A stretch of DNA of 64,000 bases from Macrostomum lignano (lineage: Eukaryota), in contig NIVC01002721.1 in the NCBI GenBank assembly GCA_002269645.1, positions 1-64,000 on the forward strand. The letters are read 5' to 3'. The position numbers were made by a program, and so were the translations under genes. Below are positions 36,470 to 54,400 of the stretch, one piece after another. The notes beneath the pieces were generated by a model. The model worked only from the letters and a program-made list of their open reading frames with translations, had not been told where the DNA came from and searched no databases. Position 1 is the stretch's first letter, and every line of letters starts with the position of its first letter.

Positions 36470-37025
36470 GCTCACTCATGAGCTCGCTCACATGAACTCA
36501 CTCATGAACTTACTCATGAACTCACTCATGAACTCACTAATGAACTGACTCATGAACTCACTCATGAACTCACTCATGAACTCACTCATGAACTCACTCA
36601 TGAACTCACTCATGAACTCACTCATGAACTCACTTATGAACTCACTTATGAACTCACTCATGAACTCACTCATGAACTTACTCATGAACTCACTCATGAA
36701 CTCACTCATGAACTCACTCATGAACTCACTCACGAACTCACTCATGAACTCACTCATGCATTCACTCATGAACTCAGTCACGAACTCGTGAACTAATTAT
36801 TTCACTCATGAGCTCGCTCATGAACTCACTCATGAACTCACTCATGAACTCACTCATGGACTCACTCATGAACTCACTCATGAACTCACTCATGAACTCA
36901 CTCATGGACTCACTCATGAACTTACTCATGAACTCACTCATGAACTCATTCATGAACTCATTCATGAACTCACTTATGAACTCACTCATGAACTCACTCA
37001 TGAACTCACTCATGAACTCATGAAA
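36470..37025. repeat. 12-bp minisatellite (CATGAACTCACT), ~46 copies
   Basis: Seen directly. Explains the SEFM/NSLM ORFs. Confidence 0.97.
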
Positions 37026-37084
37026 TAAAGCCTTCAGATATTTTTAAATTTATATATTTGTACCGTACGTAGTAAACATAAGTT

Positions 37085-37094
37085 CTATCGATAG
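37085..37094. promoter_or_regulatory. DRE-like palindrome CTATCGATAG between the divergent ORF and GPCR genes
   Basis: Matches the TATCGATA element. A single short motif. Confidence 0.25.
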
Positions 37095-37624
37095 TGACCT
37101 TAACTGACTACTTTTTCAAACTCAGTGGGATAACAGGAGTTTTTTACACAACATACATATTCGCCCGATAATGTAATTATTTCGACAAGTCAAGCTGACA
37201 GAAGCACAAAACTTAATGAAATAAAATTGGTTGTCTTTGATACCCAAAACAAGTGAGTGACAGGCTTGTAGTGATTCCAAAAGTTCCTCGTAGTTAGTTA
37301 GTTAGTCCCTAGGATTGACGTTAGTTAAAACAGAACTAACTCTAAATGACACAGACGTGAAATTGCATGCGCTTATCGGGGTATCAAATGCGGTATTAAA
37401 AATTGTGTGCTGAAGCCGGCCACAAAATTTTGAATGTATCGATCGCGCTGAAATTCCGCAACAGGTCTTTTTGGAATATAGCTCGTAAAAATAAAATGCG
37501 GATATTCAATACCATTGTTGAGCGGCTATTTTGTTCAATTCGCCTGAAAGGTGAGGACCAATGTTATTTTAAAAGGCGGTCTGATTTTATTGACGTCAAA
37601 TTTTTGTCATTCCTTGTTCCCGCA

Positions 37625-38040
37625 CCTGTCTGTTTATCCCTAGACCTGTCTGTTTATCCCTAGACCTGTCTGTTTATCCCTAGACCTGTCTGTTTGTCCC
37701 TAGACCTGTCTGTTTATCCCTAGACCTGTTGTCTGTTTATCCCTAGACCTGTCTGTTTATCCCTAGACCTGTCTGTTTATCCCTAGACCTGTCTGTTTAT
37801 CCCTAGGCCTGTCTGTTTATGCCTAGGCCTGTCTGTTTATCCCTAGCCTTGTCTGTTTATCCCTAGACCTGTTGTCTGTTTATCCCTAGGCCTGTCTGTT
37901 TATCCCTAGACCTGTCTGTTTATCCCTAGACCTGTCTGTTTATCCCTAGACCTGTCTGTTTATCCCTTGACCAGTCTGTTTGTCCCTAGCCCTGTCTGTT
38001 TGTCCCTAGTCCAGTCTGTTTGTCCCTAGTCCAGTCTGTT
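37625..38040. repeat. 20-bp minisatellite (TAGACCTGTCTGTTTATCCC)
   Basis: About 20 copies. Confidence 0.95.
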
Positions 38041-38392
38041 TGTCCCCGCACCATCCTATCACACGGCTTATCCAAATCAAGGATTTATTGATCAAAATTT
38101 CACACGTCAACATGATATGCTTTCCATCATATCGATTTTTCTCGGTTCATATCACCATACATCTGAGCATCGCTTGTTGCATACAGGAATTTTTATTTTG
38201 CCTTTTCTGTCACTTTTATTGCACTTCTCTTTTGCCAGCCAATCAAGCGACAGGTAACTCACTAAATCCGGAGACCCTACTAAACCAACCCGATGCTTAG
38301 ATATAAACTTGAGCGACCATTCAAACTTGGCATTGTAGAAAGCTTGCTCAGCCACCTAGCAGACTCAAAATTTTCTCAACTCATAGCTCGAC

Positions 38393-43082
<4,690 letters not shown>

Positions 43083-43336
43083 CTGTTTAGTTAGAAGATT
43101 TCTGCTTGGCTATAAAGATCATAATGTTGTCACATAAGGATCGGCCTCAAATGCCGTTAATCTTAAAACAGAGAAACTGTCGATCAAGACACGTGAAAAT
43201 GAGATCCATCCGATCCAAAAATGTAAACAGAAACAAGGTGTCAGTCAGCTTATTACTTAATGATTGCCTTCCAATACAAGTGATCTATCATGATGAAAGT
43301 GACTGGTTTTTGTTAGTCTCTTTTGAACGGACCAAA

Positions 43337-44735
43337 TGACTGAGTGAGCGGAGAGGCAGATTCTTAATGACTGAGTGAGCGGAGAGCCAGATTCTCAATG
43401 ACTGAGTGAGCGGAGAGCCAGATTCTCAGTGACTGAGTGAGCGGAGAGGCAGATTCTCAATGACTGAGTGAGCGGAGAGGCAGATTCTCAATGACTGAGT
43501 GAGCGGAGAGGCAGATTCTCAATGACTGAGTGAGCGGAGAGGCAGATTCTCAGTGACTGAGTGAGCAGAGAGGCAGATTCTCAGTGACTGAGTGAGCAGA
43601 GAGGCAGATTCTCAGTGACTGAGTGAGCGGAGAGGCAGATTCTCAATGACTGAGTGAGCGGAGAGGCAGATTCTCAATGACTGAGTTGAGCGGAGGGGCA
43701 GATTCTCAATGATTGAGTGAGCGGAGAGGCAGATTCTCGATGACTGAGTGAGCGGAGAGGCAGATTCTCAATGACTGAGTGAGCGGAGAGGCAGATTCTC
43801 AATGACTGAGTGAGCGGAGAGGCAGATTCTCAATGACTGGGTGAGCGGAGAGGCAGATTCTCAATGACTGAGTGAGTGGAGAGGCAGATTCTCAATGACT
43901 GAGTGAGCGGAGAGGCAGATTCTCAATGACTGAGTGAGCGGAGAGGCAGATTCTCAATGACTGAGTTGAGCGGAGGGGCAGATTCTCAATGATTGAGTGA
44001 GCGGAGAGGCAGATTCTCAATGACTGAGTGAGCGGAGAGGCAGATTCTCAATGACTGAGTGAGCGGAGAGCCAGATTCTCAATGACTGAGTGAGCGGAGA
44101 GGCAGATTCTCAATGACTGAGTGAGCGGAGAGCCAGATTCTCAATGACTGAGTGAGCGGAGAGGCAGATTCTCAATGACTGAGTTAGCGGAGAGCCAGAT
44201 TCTCAATGACTGAGTGAGTGGAGAGGCAGATTCTCAATGACTGAGTGAGCGGAGAACCAGATTCTCAATGACTGAGTGAGCGGAGAGGCAGATTCTCAAT
44301 GACTGAGTTGAGCGGAGGGGCAGATTCTCAATGATTGAGTGAGCGGAGAGGCAGATTCTCAATGACTGAGTGAGCGGAGAGGCAGATTCTCAATGACTGA
44401 GTGAGCGGAGAGCCAGATTCTCAATGACTGAGTGAGCGGAGAGGCAGATTCTCAATGACTGAGTGAGCGGAGAGCCAGATTCTCAATGACTGAGTGAGCG
44501 GAGAGGCAGATTCTCGATGACTGAGTGAGCGGAGAGGCAGATTCTCAATGACTGAGTTAGCGGAGAGGCAGATTCTCAATGACTGAGTGAGTGGAGAGGC
44601 AGATTCTCAATGACTGAGTGAGCGGAGAGGCAGATTCTCACTGACTGAGTGAGCGGAGAGGCAGATTCTCAGTGACTGAGTGAGCGGAGAGGCAGATTCT
44701 CACTGACTGAGTAAGCGGAGAGGCAGATTCTGACT
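43337..44735. repeat. 31-bp minisatellite (TGACTGAGTGAGCGGAGAGGCAGATTCTCAA), ~45 copies
   Basis: Seen directly. Confidence 0.97.
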
Positions 44736-45329
44736 GCTCAGAGGCGGCTTCAAAACGGTAAAATTCTTAAACAAAAGTAAAAACCCTGCCCTTCTGTTAT
44801 TTCCCGTCGGGTTTCCTGCTAGCAACGCTAATTAGCCCAATAACGTGCAAAGGAATAATTAAAAACTGCAATCAGATCTAAGTAGGAAAGTAGGAAAAGT
44901 TTGAAAAGATAACCTTGTCTTCTGAGGTATTTTTACGAGTTGTCGAAATTCATTTCAACGAGACTAAGGATGAGCTTTAATGAGCAGGTATGAAGGTATG
45001 TAGAAGTATATATTACTAAGTAGGCATTATAGCGAGCCTAATGTCGGGACACGGACACACAGAAGATCATTTGATGATAACAGCAAGACTTTATATCCCA
45101 GAAAATGAGCGGTTATTAGAGAACGCTTTTTGACAGGAAGGAGCGACAATATTTCGAGCAGGTTAATAATATATTCATTAAATTCATAATTTGCATGTGG
45201 CAGTTTTGTTCGCTAGAGAAAGTAATTAATTGATGTCATAAAAAATTTGACCGCAACAGGTTAAGGCGCGAACTTCAATAGATTTACTATGATAGTTTCT
45301 TTAATCTGCAACTCTTGTAGCTTGCACTC

Positions 45330-46270
45330 GATTCTCATGACGGTTTACAGGCGATTCTCATGACGGTTTACAGGTGATTCTCATGACGGTTTACAGGCGA
45401 TTCTCATGACGGTTTACAGGCGATTCTCATGACGGTTTACAGGCGATTCTCATGACGGTTTACAGGCGATTCTCATGATGGTTTACAGGCGATTCTCATG
45501 GTGGTTTACAGGCGAGGATTCTCATGACGGTTTACAGGCGATTCTCATGACGGTTTACAGGCGATTCTCATGGTGGTTTACAGGCGATTCTCATGATGGT
45601 TTACAGGCGATTCTCATGGTGGTTTACAGGCGATTCTCATGACGGTTTACAGGCGATTCTCATGACGGTTTACAGGCGATTATCATGACGGTTTACAGGC
45701 GATTCTCATGACGGTTTACAGGCGATTCTCATGACGGTTTACAGGCGATTTTCATGACGGTTTACAGGCGATTCTCATGGTGGTTTACAGGCGATTCTCA
45801 TGATGGTTTACAGGCGATTCTCATGGTGGTTTACAGGCGATTCTCATGACGGTTTACAGGCGATTCTCATGACGGTTTACAGGCGATTCTCATGGTGGTT
45901 TACAGGCGATTCTCATGACGGTTTACAGGCGATTCTCATGATGGTTTACAGGCGATTCTCATGGTGGTTTACAGGCGATTCTCATGACGGTTTACAGGCG
46001 ATTCTCATGGTGGTTTACAGGCGATTCTCATGGTGGTTTACAGGCGAGGATTCTCATGACGGTTTACAGGCGATTCTCATGACGGTTTACAGGCGATTCT
46101 CATGACGGTTTACAGGCGATTCTCATGACGGTTTACAGGCGATTCTCATGGTGGTTTACAGGCGATTCTCATGGTGGTTTACAGGCGATTCTCATGACGG
46201 TTTACAGGCGATTATCATGATGGTTTACAGGCGATTCTCATGATGGTTTACAGGCGATTCTCATGATGGA
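45330..46270. repeat. 23-bp minisatellite (GATTCTCATGACGGTTTACAGGC), ~41 copies
   Basis: Seen directly. Confidence 0.97.
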
Positions 46271-47870
46271 CAGATTTAATCCACGCCTCTTTGCGTACGT
46301 CCTGCATGTTCTTGCCCTCTTTCAAGTTGCTTCAGAGGAGGTTCGTGTCTGTTGCTCCAAAAGTATCGGTAACAATTGTCGATCAAGCTTTGTAGTTCGC
46401 GTGTTTCTTTTACAGATCATGGTCTTGTGCTGCAGTAGAACAGCAGAACGCACTCTACGCAAGCTTCCACGATTTTTGCTTGTTTTTGCTTGTTTTCTTA
46501 CCCATGCGGCTTTTCGTGTAGCTGAGACCCCTGACTCGTCCTCAAATGCCACTTGCGCGGCGTTTGCGGTTTTTCAAATCCGCTTGTTTTGTTCCGATCC
46601 AGCAGCCGTGGAAGTGGGTCGCCTTGTTGATCTGTCCTTCCAAAGACTGTGTACTTTTCTATTTGTCGTCGTTGGTGTGTTCTTCGAAGGTGTTCATTTT
46701 GGAGTTCACAGTTAAAACGTTCTGGGTACTGCAGCTCTCTGCATAATCTCCCTCCTTTCCGCGTATGCGATAGCTCGTTGTCACATGCAGGTGGATGTTG
46801 GTTTGTAAGAAGCTTCTCTTGAGTCCTAGGCGGTTAAGCATCCTCCATAGCTCAAGTTTATTCACGCCTTCTTTAGATCAAGTAGATCTGCTATTTCGGA
46901 AGCAGCTTTGGTTTTCACTGAGTATGCTCTCTCTCCGCCAATGTTTTTTGGAAATGTTATGCAATAGACTATTTCTTTCTGGGTTTTTTAATCTGCTTCG
47001 TTGATCAGGGGCGTCGCCATGGATTTTATGGTGGCGGTGGCGGGCACAAAGCCAATTGAGTTCAACATGTACATGACTAAATTGCTAAATGTCAATTACT
47101 TTGAGAATCTGTGTTTTTAGCGCGCTCATTTTGACGCCTCAGGCACTCATTTTAGCGTCGAAGGCGCTGTATTTTGGCGCCCTGTTATTGATTTCCACAA
47201 GGGGCACACGGGGGGGACAAAGCATTGACACGTCCCCCCATTAGCTTTTACTGGGGGGGGGGACATGTCTCCCCTGTCGTTGATGTTCGTAGCACATCCT
47301 TGACTCAATCCTTCTTTGTTGCTGATTCTTTCATCGCTTGCCGAATTTCCTACTCGGTTGGTCTTGTGTTGATGTTTTGGTTTGCCTCTATTGCTTCCTT
47401 GTTTTGTATTATAGGTCATGCATTCTGCCCACTTCGCTGAAGATTTTCTCTCGTTGTATTTGGAATCGGACTTTCGAAGTGTTCAATGAAGTGCTCTGAT
47501 CTTTGAGTCCCTGCGTGTGGTTTGCTCGTTCTTTGTGAGTCTCTTTTTGTATGCTTTGTAAATTCTGCGGATCTCCCTCGGGCTGCTCGCTTCGACGCTC
47601 TCCTATCATTTCTTCCCTTCCCTTTTGTCATCATTAGATTTATGCTTCATTCGTTTACTTGCGTCCGCCTTTTGCAAAAAATCTCTACTCTTAATTGGTG
47701 ATCACGTTTGCTCATTTTCGGCGGCCACTAATTTTGAATTTTTGGAACAGCCATGGACCTTAATTTACTGAGGTGCATTCTGTTGCGCATAGATTCGAAT
47801 GATGGTTTCTTGGCGATTTTTTATGAAAATTGTTTAAAGATCAAGAAGAGCTTTGTAATTAGCAAACAAG
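46270..47870 (-). mobile_element. Decayed non-LTR retrotransposon (RTE/CR1-like) reverse-transcriptase region
   Basis: Broken-frame motifs appear in the expected order: KWAE..YN (~47430), PTE*EIRQAMK (~47345), ILSENQSCFR (~46910), DLKKA (~46870) and LWRMLNRLG...SYRIRG (ORF 46659-46865). Many stops and deletions. The clade assignment is tentative. Confidence 0.65.
47006..47276. mobile_element. 271-bp hAT-type MITE inserted in the LINE remnant
   Basis: Ends CAGGGG...CCCCTG; perfect 8-bp TSD TCGTTGAT (46998-47005 and 47277-47284). Confidence 0.75.
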
Positions 47871-48002
47871 ACCATCAAAGAGATAAAAAGTAAAATAATT
47901 TGTGCTTGAGCGTGCGTGCTGCCTCAGTCGCATTAAAAGTCAAAGCAAACGCATGCCCTGTGCACGCCACAGAACAAGGCAGAGAAGGTCGCTGAGGGTA
48001 AC

Positions 48003-48111
48003 AGACAGACAGCTTTACTTGTGAAACATACCGACAGACAGGCAGACAGACAGACAGACAGACAGACAGGCAGGCAGACAGATAGACAGACAGACAGACA
48101 GGCAGGCAGAC

Positions 48112-48148
<37 letters not shown>

Positions 48149-48187
48149 GGCAGACATACAGACAGGCAGGCAGACAGGCAGGCAGGC

Positions 48188-48232
<45 letters not shown>

Positions 48233-48607
48233 GGCAGACAGACAGACAGGCAGGCAGGCAGGCAGACAGACAGACAGACAGACAGGCAGACATACAGACA
48301 GACAGACAGACAGGCAGGCAGGCAGACAGACAGACAGACAGACAGACAGGCAGACAGACAGGCAGACAGACAGACAGGCAGGCAGGCAGGCAGGCAGACA
48401 GACAGACAGACAGACAGACAGACAGGCAGGCAGGCAGACAGACAGGCAGACAGACAGACAGACAGACAGACAGACAGGCAGACAGACAGACAGACAGACA
48501 GACAGACAGGCAGACAGACAGGCAGACAGACAGACAGGCAGGCAGGCAGGCAGACAGACAGACAGACAGGCAGACAGACTGACAGACAGACAGGCAGACA
48601 GACAGGC

Positions 48608-48644
<37 letters not shown>

Positions 48645-49075
48645 GGCAGACAGACAGACAGACAGACAGACAGACAGGCAGGCAGGCAGGCAGACAGACA
48701 GACAGACAGACAGGCAGACATACAGACAGACAGACATACAGGCAGGCAGGCAGGCAGACAGACAGACAGACAGACAGACAGGCAGACAGACAGGCAGACA
48801 GACAGACAGACAGACAGACAGGCAGACAGACAGGCAGACAGACAGACAGGCAGGCAGGCAGGCAGGCAGACAGACAGACAGACAGACAGGCAGGCAGGCA
48901 GGCAGACAGACAGACAGACAGGCAGGCAGACAGACAGACAGGCAGACAGACAGACAGACAGACAGACAGACAGGCAGACAGACAGGCAGACAGACAGACA
49001 GGCAGGCAGGCAGGCAGACAGACAGACAGACATACAGATAGACAGACAGACAGGCAGACAGACAGACAGACAGGC

Positions 49076-49108
<33 letters not shown>

Positions 49109-49129
49109 GGCAGACAGACACAGACAAGC

Positions 49130-49162
<33 letters not shown>

Positions 49163-49373
49163 GGCAGGCAGGCAGGCAGACAGACAGACAGACAGACAGG
49201 CAGACATACAGACAGACAGACAGACAGGCAGGCAGACAGACAGACAGACAGACAGGCAGACAGACAGGCAGACAGACAGGCAGGCAGGCAGGCAGGCAGA
49301 CAGACAGACAGACAGGCAGACAGACAGACAGACAGACAGGCAGGCAGGCAGACAGACAGACAGACAGACAGGC

Positions 49374-49422
<49 letters not shown>

Positions 49423-49513
49423 GGCAGACAGGCAGACAGACAGGCAGGCAGGCAGGCAGACAGACAGACAGACAGACAGGCAGACAGACAGACAGACAGG
49501 CAGACAGACAGGC

Positions 49514-49550
<37 letters not shown>

Positions 49551-49657
49551 GGCAGGCAGGCAGGCAGACAGACAGACAGGCAGACATACAGACAGACAGA
49601 CATACAGGCAGGCAGGCAGACAGACAGACAGACAGACAGACAGGCAGACAGACAGGC

Positions 49658-49690
<33 letters not shown>

Positions 49691-50031
49691 GGCAGACAGA
49701 CAGGCAGACAGACAGACAGACAGGCAGGCAGGCAGGCAGGCAGACAGACAGACAGACAGACAGGCAGACAGACAGACAGACAGACAGACAGGCAGGCAGG
49801 CAGACAGACAGACAGACAGGCAGGCAGGCAGACAGACAGACAGGCAGACAGACAGACAGACAGACAGACAGACAGGCAGACAGACAGGCAGACAGACAGA
49901 CAGGCAGGCAGGCAGGCAGACAGACAGACAGACATACAGATAGACAGACAGACAGGCAGACAGACAGACTGACAGGCAGACAGGCAGACAGACAGATAGA
50001 CAGACAGACAGGCAGACAGACACAGACAAGC

Positions 50032-50076
<45 letters not shown>

Positions 50077-50177
50077 GGCAGACAGACAGACAGACAGACA
50101 GATAGACAGACAGACTGACAGGCAGACAGGCAGACAGACAGATAGACAGACAGACAGGCAGACAGACACAGACAAGC

Positions 50178-50214
<37 letters not shown>

Positions 50215-50225
50215 GGCAGACAGAC
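48003..50225. repeat. 2.2-kb (GACA/GGCA)n compound microsatellite
   Basis: Seen directly. Explains the 805-, 698-, 370- and 640-aa spurious ORFs. Confidence 0.98.
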
Positions 50226-50639
50226 TTGTTTTCAACAGCAATAAGGCCACAGTTGAGAAAGCAGTGTTTAAAAATTCATTACAGAATAGCAATCAATCAC
50301 AGTTTCAATACTGGGTGGAAATGTAGGAATATTTTATTTTCTTAATAACCTCACAATATTGGTAGCAGGTTACCATCGCATGATTTTAAGCAACTAAAAT
50401 GACGAAGAATACCATTACAATTTAATCATTATAAGAATCAACATAAGAATAGAATAGAATAGAAATATAATTGATAATTATTTTAGAAAACAAAAAGTCA
50501 TTTGTCTTTCAAGTGACCTTTGATTGTGGAATTGAGCAACAGAGGAAATGTAAAGTTGATATGAACTTATAACTTACAAAAATAGTAATCATAATCAAAT
50601 ATTCAGCAAAGATGTTACGAATGAAGAATGAAAAAAAAC

Positions 50640-51385
50640 TTCTTCACGAAATGTAGGGGGAATTCCCCACTGGCTATAAGGGGAATTCTTCACGAAATGT
50701 AGGGGGAATTCCCCACTGGCTATAAGGGGAATTCTCCACTTAATTTAGAGGGTATTCCTTACTTGATGTATGGGGAATTCTTCACTAAATGCGGGAGGAA
50801 TTCCTCGCTGGCTGCAAGGGGAATTCTTCGCTTAACTTAGAGGGTATTCCTCACTAAATGTAGGGGGAATTCTTCACTAACTTAGAGGGTATTCCTCACT
50901 AAATGTAGGGGGAATTCTTCACTTAACTTAGAGGGTATTCCTCACTAAATGTAGGGGGAATTCTTCACTTAACTTAGAGGGTATTCCTCACTAAATGTAG
51001 GGGGAATTCTTCACTAACTTAGAGGGTATTCCTCACTAAATGTAGGGGGAATTCTTCACTTAACTTGGAGGGTATTCCTCACTAAATGTAGGGGGAATTC
51101 TTCACTAACTTAGAGGGTATTCCTCACTAAATGTAGGGGGAATTCTTCACTAACTTAGAGGGTATTCCTCACTAAATGTAGGGGGAATTCTTCACTAACT
51201 TAGAGGGTATTCCTCACTAAATGTAGGGGGAATTCTTCACTAACTTAGAGGGTATTCCTCACTAAATGTAGGGGGAATTCTTCACTAACTTAGAGGGTAT
51301 TCCTCACTAAATGTAGGGGGAATTCTTCACTGGCTTTAGGAGTACTTCTAACTAGCGGTAGGGGGAATTTCTCAGGGCTGAGGAG
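50640..51385. repeat. 45-46-bp minisatellite (GGGGGAATTCTTCACTAACTTAGAGGGTATTCCTCACTAAATGTA), a dimer of ~22-bp subunits, just 3' of the HPS5-like stop
   Basis: Seen directly. Confidence 0.95.
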
Positions 51386-51456
51386 GGAATTGTTGCTAAT
51401 GAATCTAAGCAAATGACTCAACTAATGATTTAAAGCATCTGGAGCTGTGAAAAATC

Positions 51457-54400
51457 TCACGAGCAGCACACAGAACACGAACTGGTCCGCCGTGAGCCGA
51501 CAAGGCAGCCGCCGTGAAACACGTGACCGCAACGAAAAGCTACAAAGTAACGTTCCGACTCGGCTTCAATTGACTCCGATTGAGTTGCCTCGTTAAACAG
51601 ACAGCCAACGGTTAATGGTAAGCGACACCAGGCGCAATTAGTCTCGTCTGAGTCCATAGCAACGCCCCAGCAAAGATTAGCTGAAGCAATAGCTCGCGAT
51701 TCAGCAGGCGTCACAGATTCGTGTTGCCTGGCGGTGGAATTTTCAACTGCAACTCGAATGCAATCGGCTACAAAGCCAGGGATCCGGTGCTCGTTAGCGT
51801 CACCAAGCAGACTGAGCACATGGGCTGGTGACAGGCCAATTTTAATTAGGGCCTGAGCGAGTCTATCCACAGTGACAGTGGGGCATGAGCGGCTGTCAGG
51901 CAGGACTGGATATTCAGTACCGCATTTGCCGCACCGCCGATGCTGCTGGTGATGCGGCTGAGCAAGCCTGGAGGCCAGCATTGTGCGCAGGGCCGCCTCA
52001 GAGTTGGAGCCGCTGTCTGCGAACGGAGAGAACAGCGAGAAGGGATGGAGCTTTTTTGAGGAGTTTGCATGCTTAGTTGCTAAGCAGTGCAATCACTGAG
52101 GTGAAATAGCAGTGACATTATTTTGAAATCCATTTTGCAGTGACAGTTAGGTCAGTGACTCGACAGTCAGTGATATTCCAATCAGTGACATCTCAGTCAG
52201 TGACATCTCAGTCAGTGACATTTCAATCAGTGACATCTCATTCAGTGACATCTCATTCAGTGACATTTCAATCAGTGACATCTCATTCAGTGACATTTCA
52301 ATCAGTGACAACTCAGTCAGTGACATTTCAATCAGTGACAACTCAGTCAGTGACATTTCATTCAGTGACATCTCATTCAGTGACATTTCAATCAGTGACA
52401 TCTCATTCAGTGACATTTCAATCAGTGACATCTCAGTTAGTGACATCTCATTCAGTGACAACTCAGTCAGTGACATTTCATTCAGTGACATCTCATTCAG
52501 TGACATTTCAATCAGTGACATTTCATTCAGTGACATTTCAATCAGTGACAACTCAGTCAGTGACATTTCATTCAGTGACATCTCATTCAGTGACATTTCA
52601 ATCAGTGACATCTCATTCAGTGACATTTCAATCAGTGACATCTCAGTTAGTGACACGACAATCAGTGACATCTCAGTCAGTGACATCTCATTTTTACAGC
52701 GAAATTGTAGTCTAATTCTTAGACTTCTAAAATGATGTTATAATAAAGATATCTATAAGTGCCCAGTCACAGGCGGTCTCACGTAGCCTCAAAACTAATT
52801 GAAGTCAAACGCACATGCTTTCGAATTCTAACATCACAGAGAAATGTTAATACACAGTTGTTTGAGCATCATCAAAACTTGTTGAAATACTGAAGTCATA
52901 TATAAAGCCAAAAATATTTCCATCTAATTAAGTCAAAAGTTTTCTGACCAAGGAAAAGTCACGTTTGACTGCTAAGAAAAAAAATACATAATTAGGAGCA
53001 GCAAAAGTCCAGAAAAAATCACGTGCATATTTTAATAACGCAGAAAGCAACGCAGCTCACCAACAATGTAATCCAATAGCTGGCCATTGTCCAACTGCAG
53101 GCACCAGAATGCCAAATGAGAGGTCCAACACAGCCGCTTCAATAGATGAATGGCTGGGGATAGCTGACTGGAGAGAGTATGGGATAGGCAAGAGAAACAC
53201 GCATTATTTATTTTAAGTCGGGGCTCAGCAAACTTTTTTATCTCAAGGGCCAGGTAGAAAACCTAGCGCATGACTGCGGGACAAATGGGGGAGAGGAGAG
53301 GGAATAGAGATGAGAGAAGAGAGGAGAGGAGAGAAGAGGAGAAGAGAGGAGAGGAGAGGGGGGAGGAGAGGAGAGGAGAGAGGAGAGGAGAGAGAAGAGG
53401 AGAGGAGGGGAGAGAGAAGAGGAGAGGGGAGGAGAGAGGAGAGGAGAGGAGAGGAGAGGGGGAGGAGAGAAGAGGAGAGGAGAGGAGAGAGGAGAGGAGA
53501 GGAGAGAGGAGAGGGGAGGGGAGAAAAGGAGAGAAGAGGAGAGGAGAGGAGAGAGGAGAGGAGAGGAGAGAGGAGAGGGGAGGGAGAAAAGGAGAGAAGA
53601 GGAGAGGAGAGAAGAGGAGAGGAGAGAGAAGAGGAGAGGAGAGGAGAGGAGAGAAGAGGAGAGGAGAGAGAGAGAGAGAGAGGAGAGGAGAGGAGAGAAG
53701 AGGAGAGGAGAGGAGAGAAGAGGAGAGAAGAGAAGAGGAAAGGAGAGAAGAGAGCTGAGAAGAGACACAAGCCTTGAGCTGGCCAGATTGCTATTGTGAA
53801 GTTTCAAATGACCCGAGGGCCGGAGGCTTCGCTAACCGGAGTTTGCCGACCCCTGCTCTAAGTAGAGTAAACTAATATTAGGCGCGTAATAAATTACTAA
53901 AAAAACTCACTGCCGTTTAACAAGGTAGCTATAAAGCTGCTGCATATCAATTTTAGGATTAGGACCCTCGCTTCGAGAACAGATTTCGTCCAGAGTGACT
54001 TGCTGGCTAACATCCGTTAGATCGATACTGAAAGAATACCGAAAAACGCTAATTTTACTACTGGCTTAAGTTAGTAGTAAGAAAAGGCGAGAATAAAATA
54101 GAATAGCGAAAAACGCTAATTCTATTACTTGTAACAACTATACATAAGTAGTGTAATCAGAACAATACCTTGTTGTTAAAGGAAATCGGCAGTAGTCGCA
54201 GCCTTTTTCATCGTTCATCATCGGAAAGAATTCTGAGTTGCCGTTGCACCAGCCAAAACGTTGCCCGCCAAATGCTAGAAGGCCGCGAGCGCCAAGCTGG
54301 CGCAGAGTGGCGCTCAGATCGGCGCTTGATGGCGCCGAACTGAAAAATGTACAGTAATTATTCTATATTGTTACACACTGTGACACTGGGTGTGACATTT

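Noticed and set aside
46590-46640. QQGDPLP as the RT QGDPLSP motif
   Set aside because: It is not cleanly in frame with the adjacent RT motifs and may be coincidental, so it was not used as evidence.
47875-50292. 805-, 698-, 640- and 370-aa ORFs (SVCL/QTDR repeats)
   Set aside because: Translations of the stop-free GACA/GGCA microsatellite, with no domain content.
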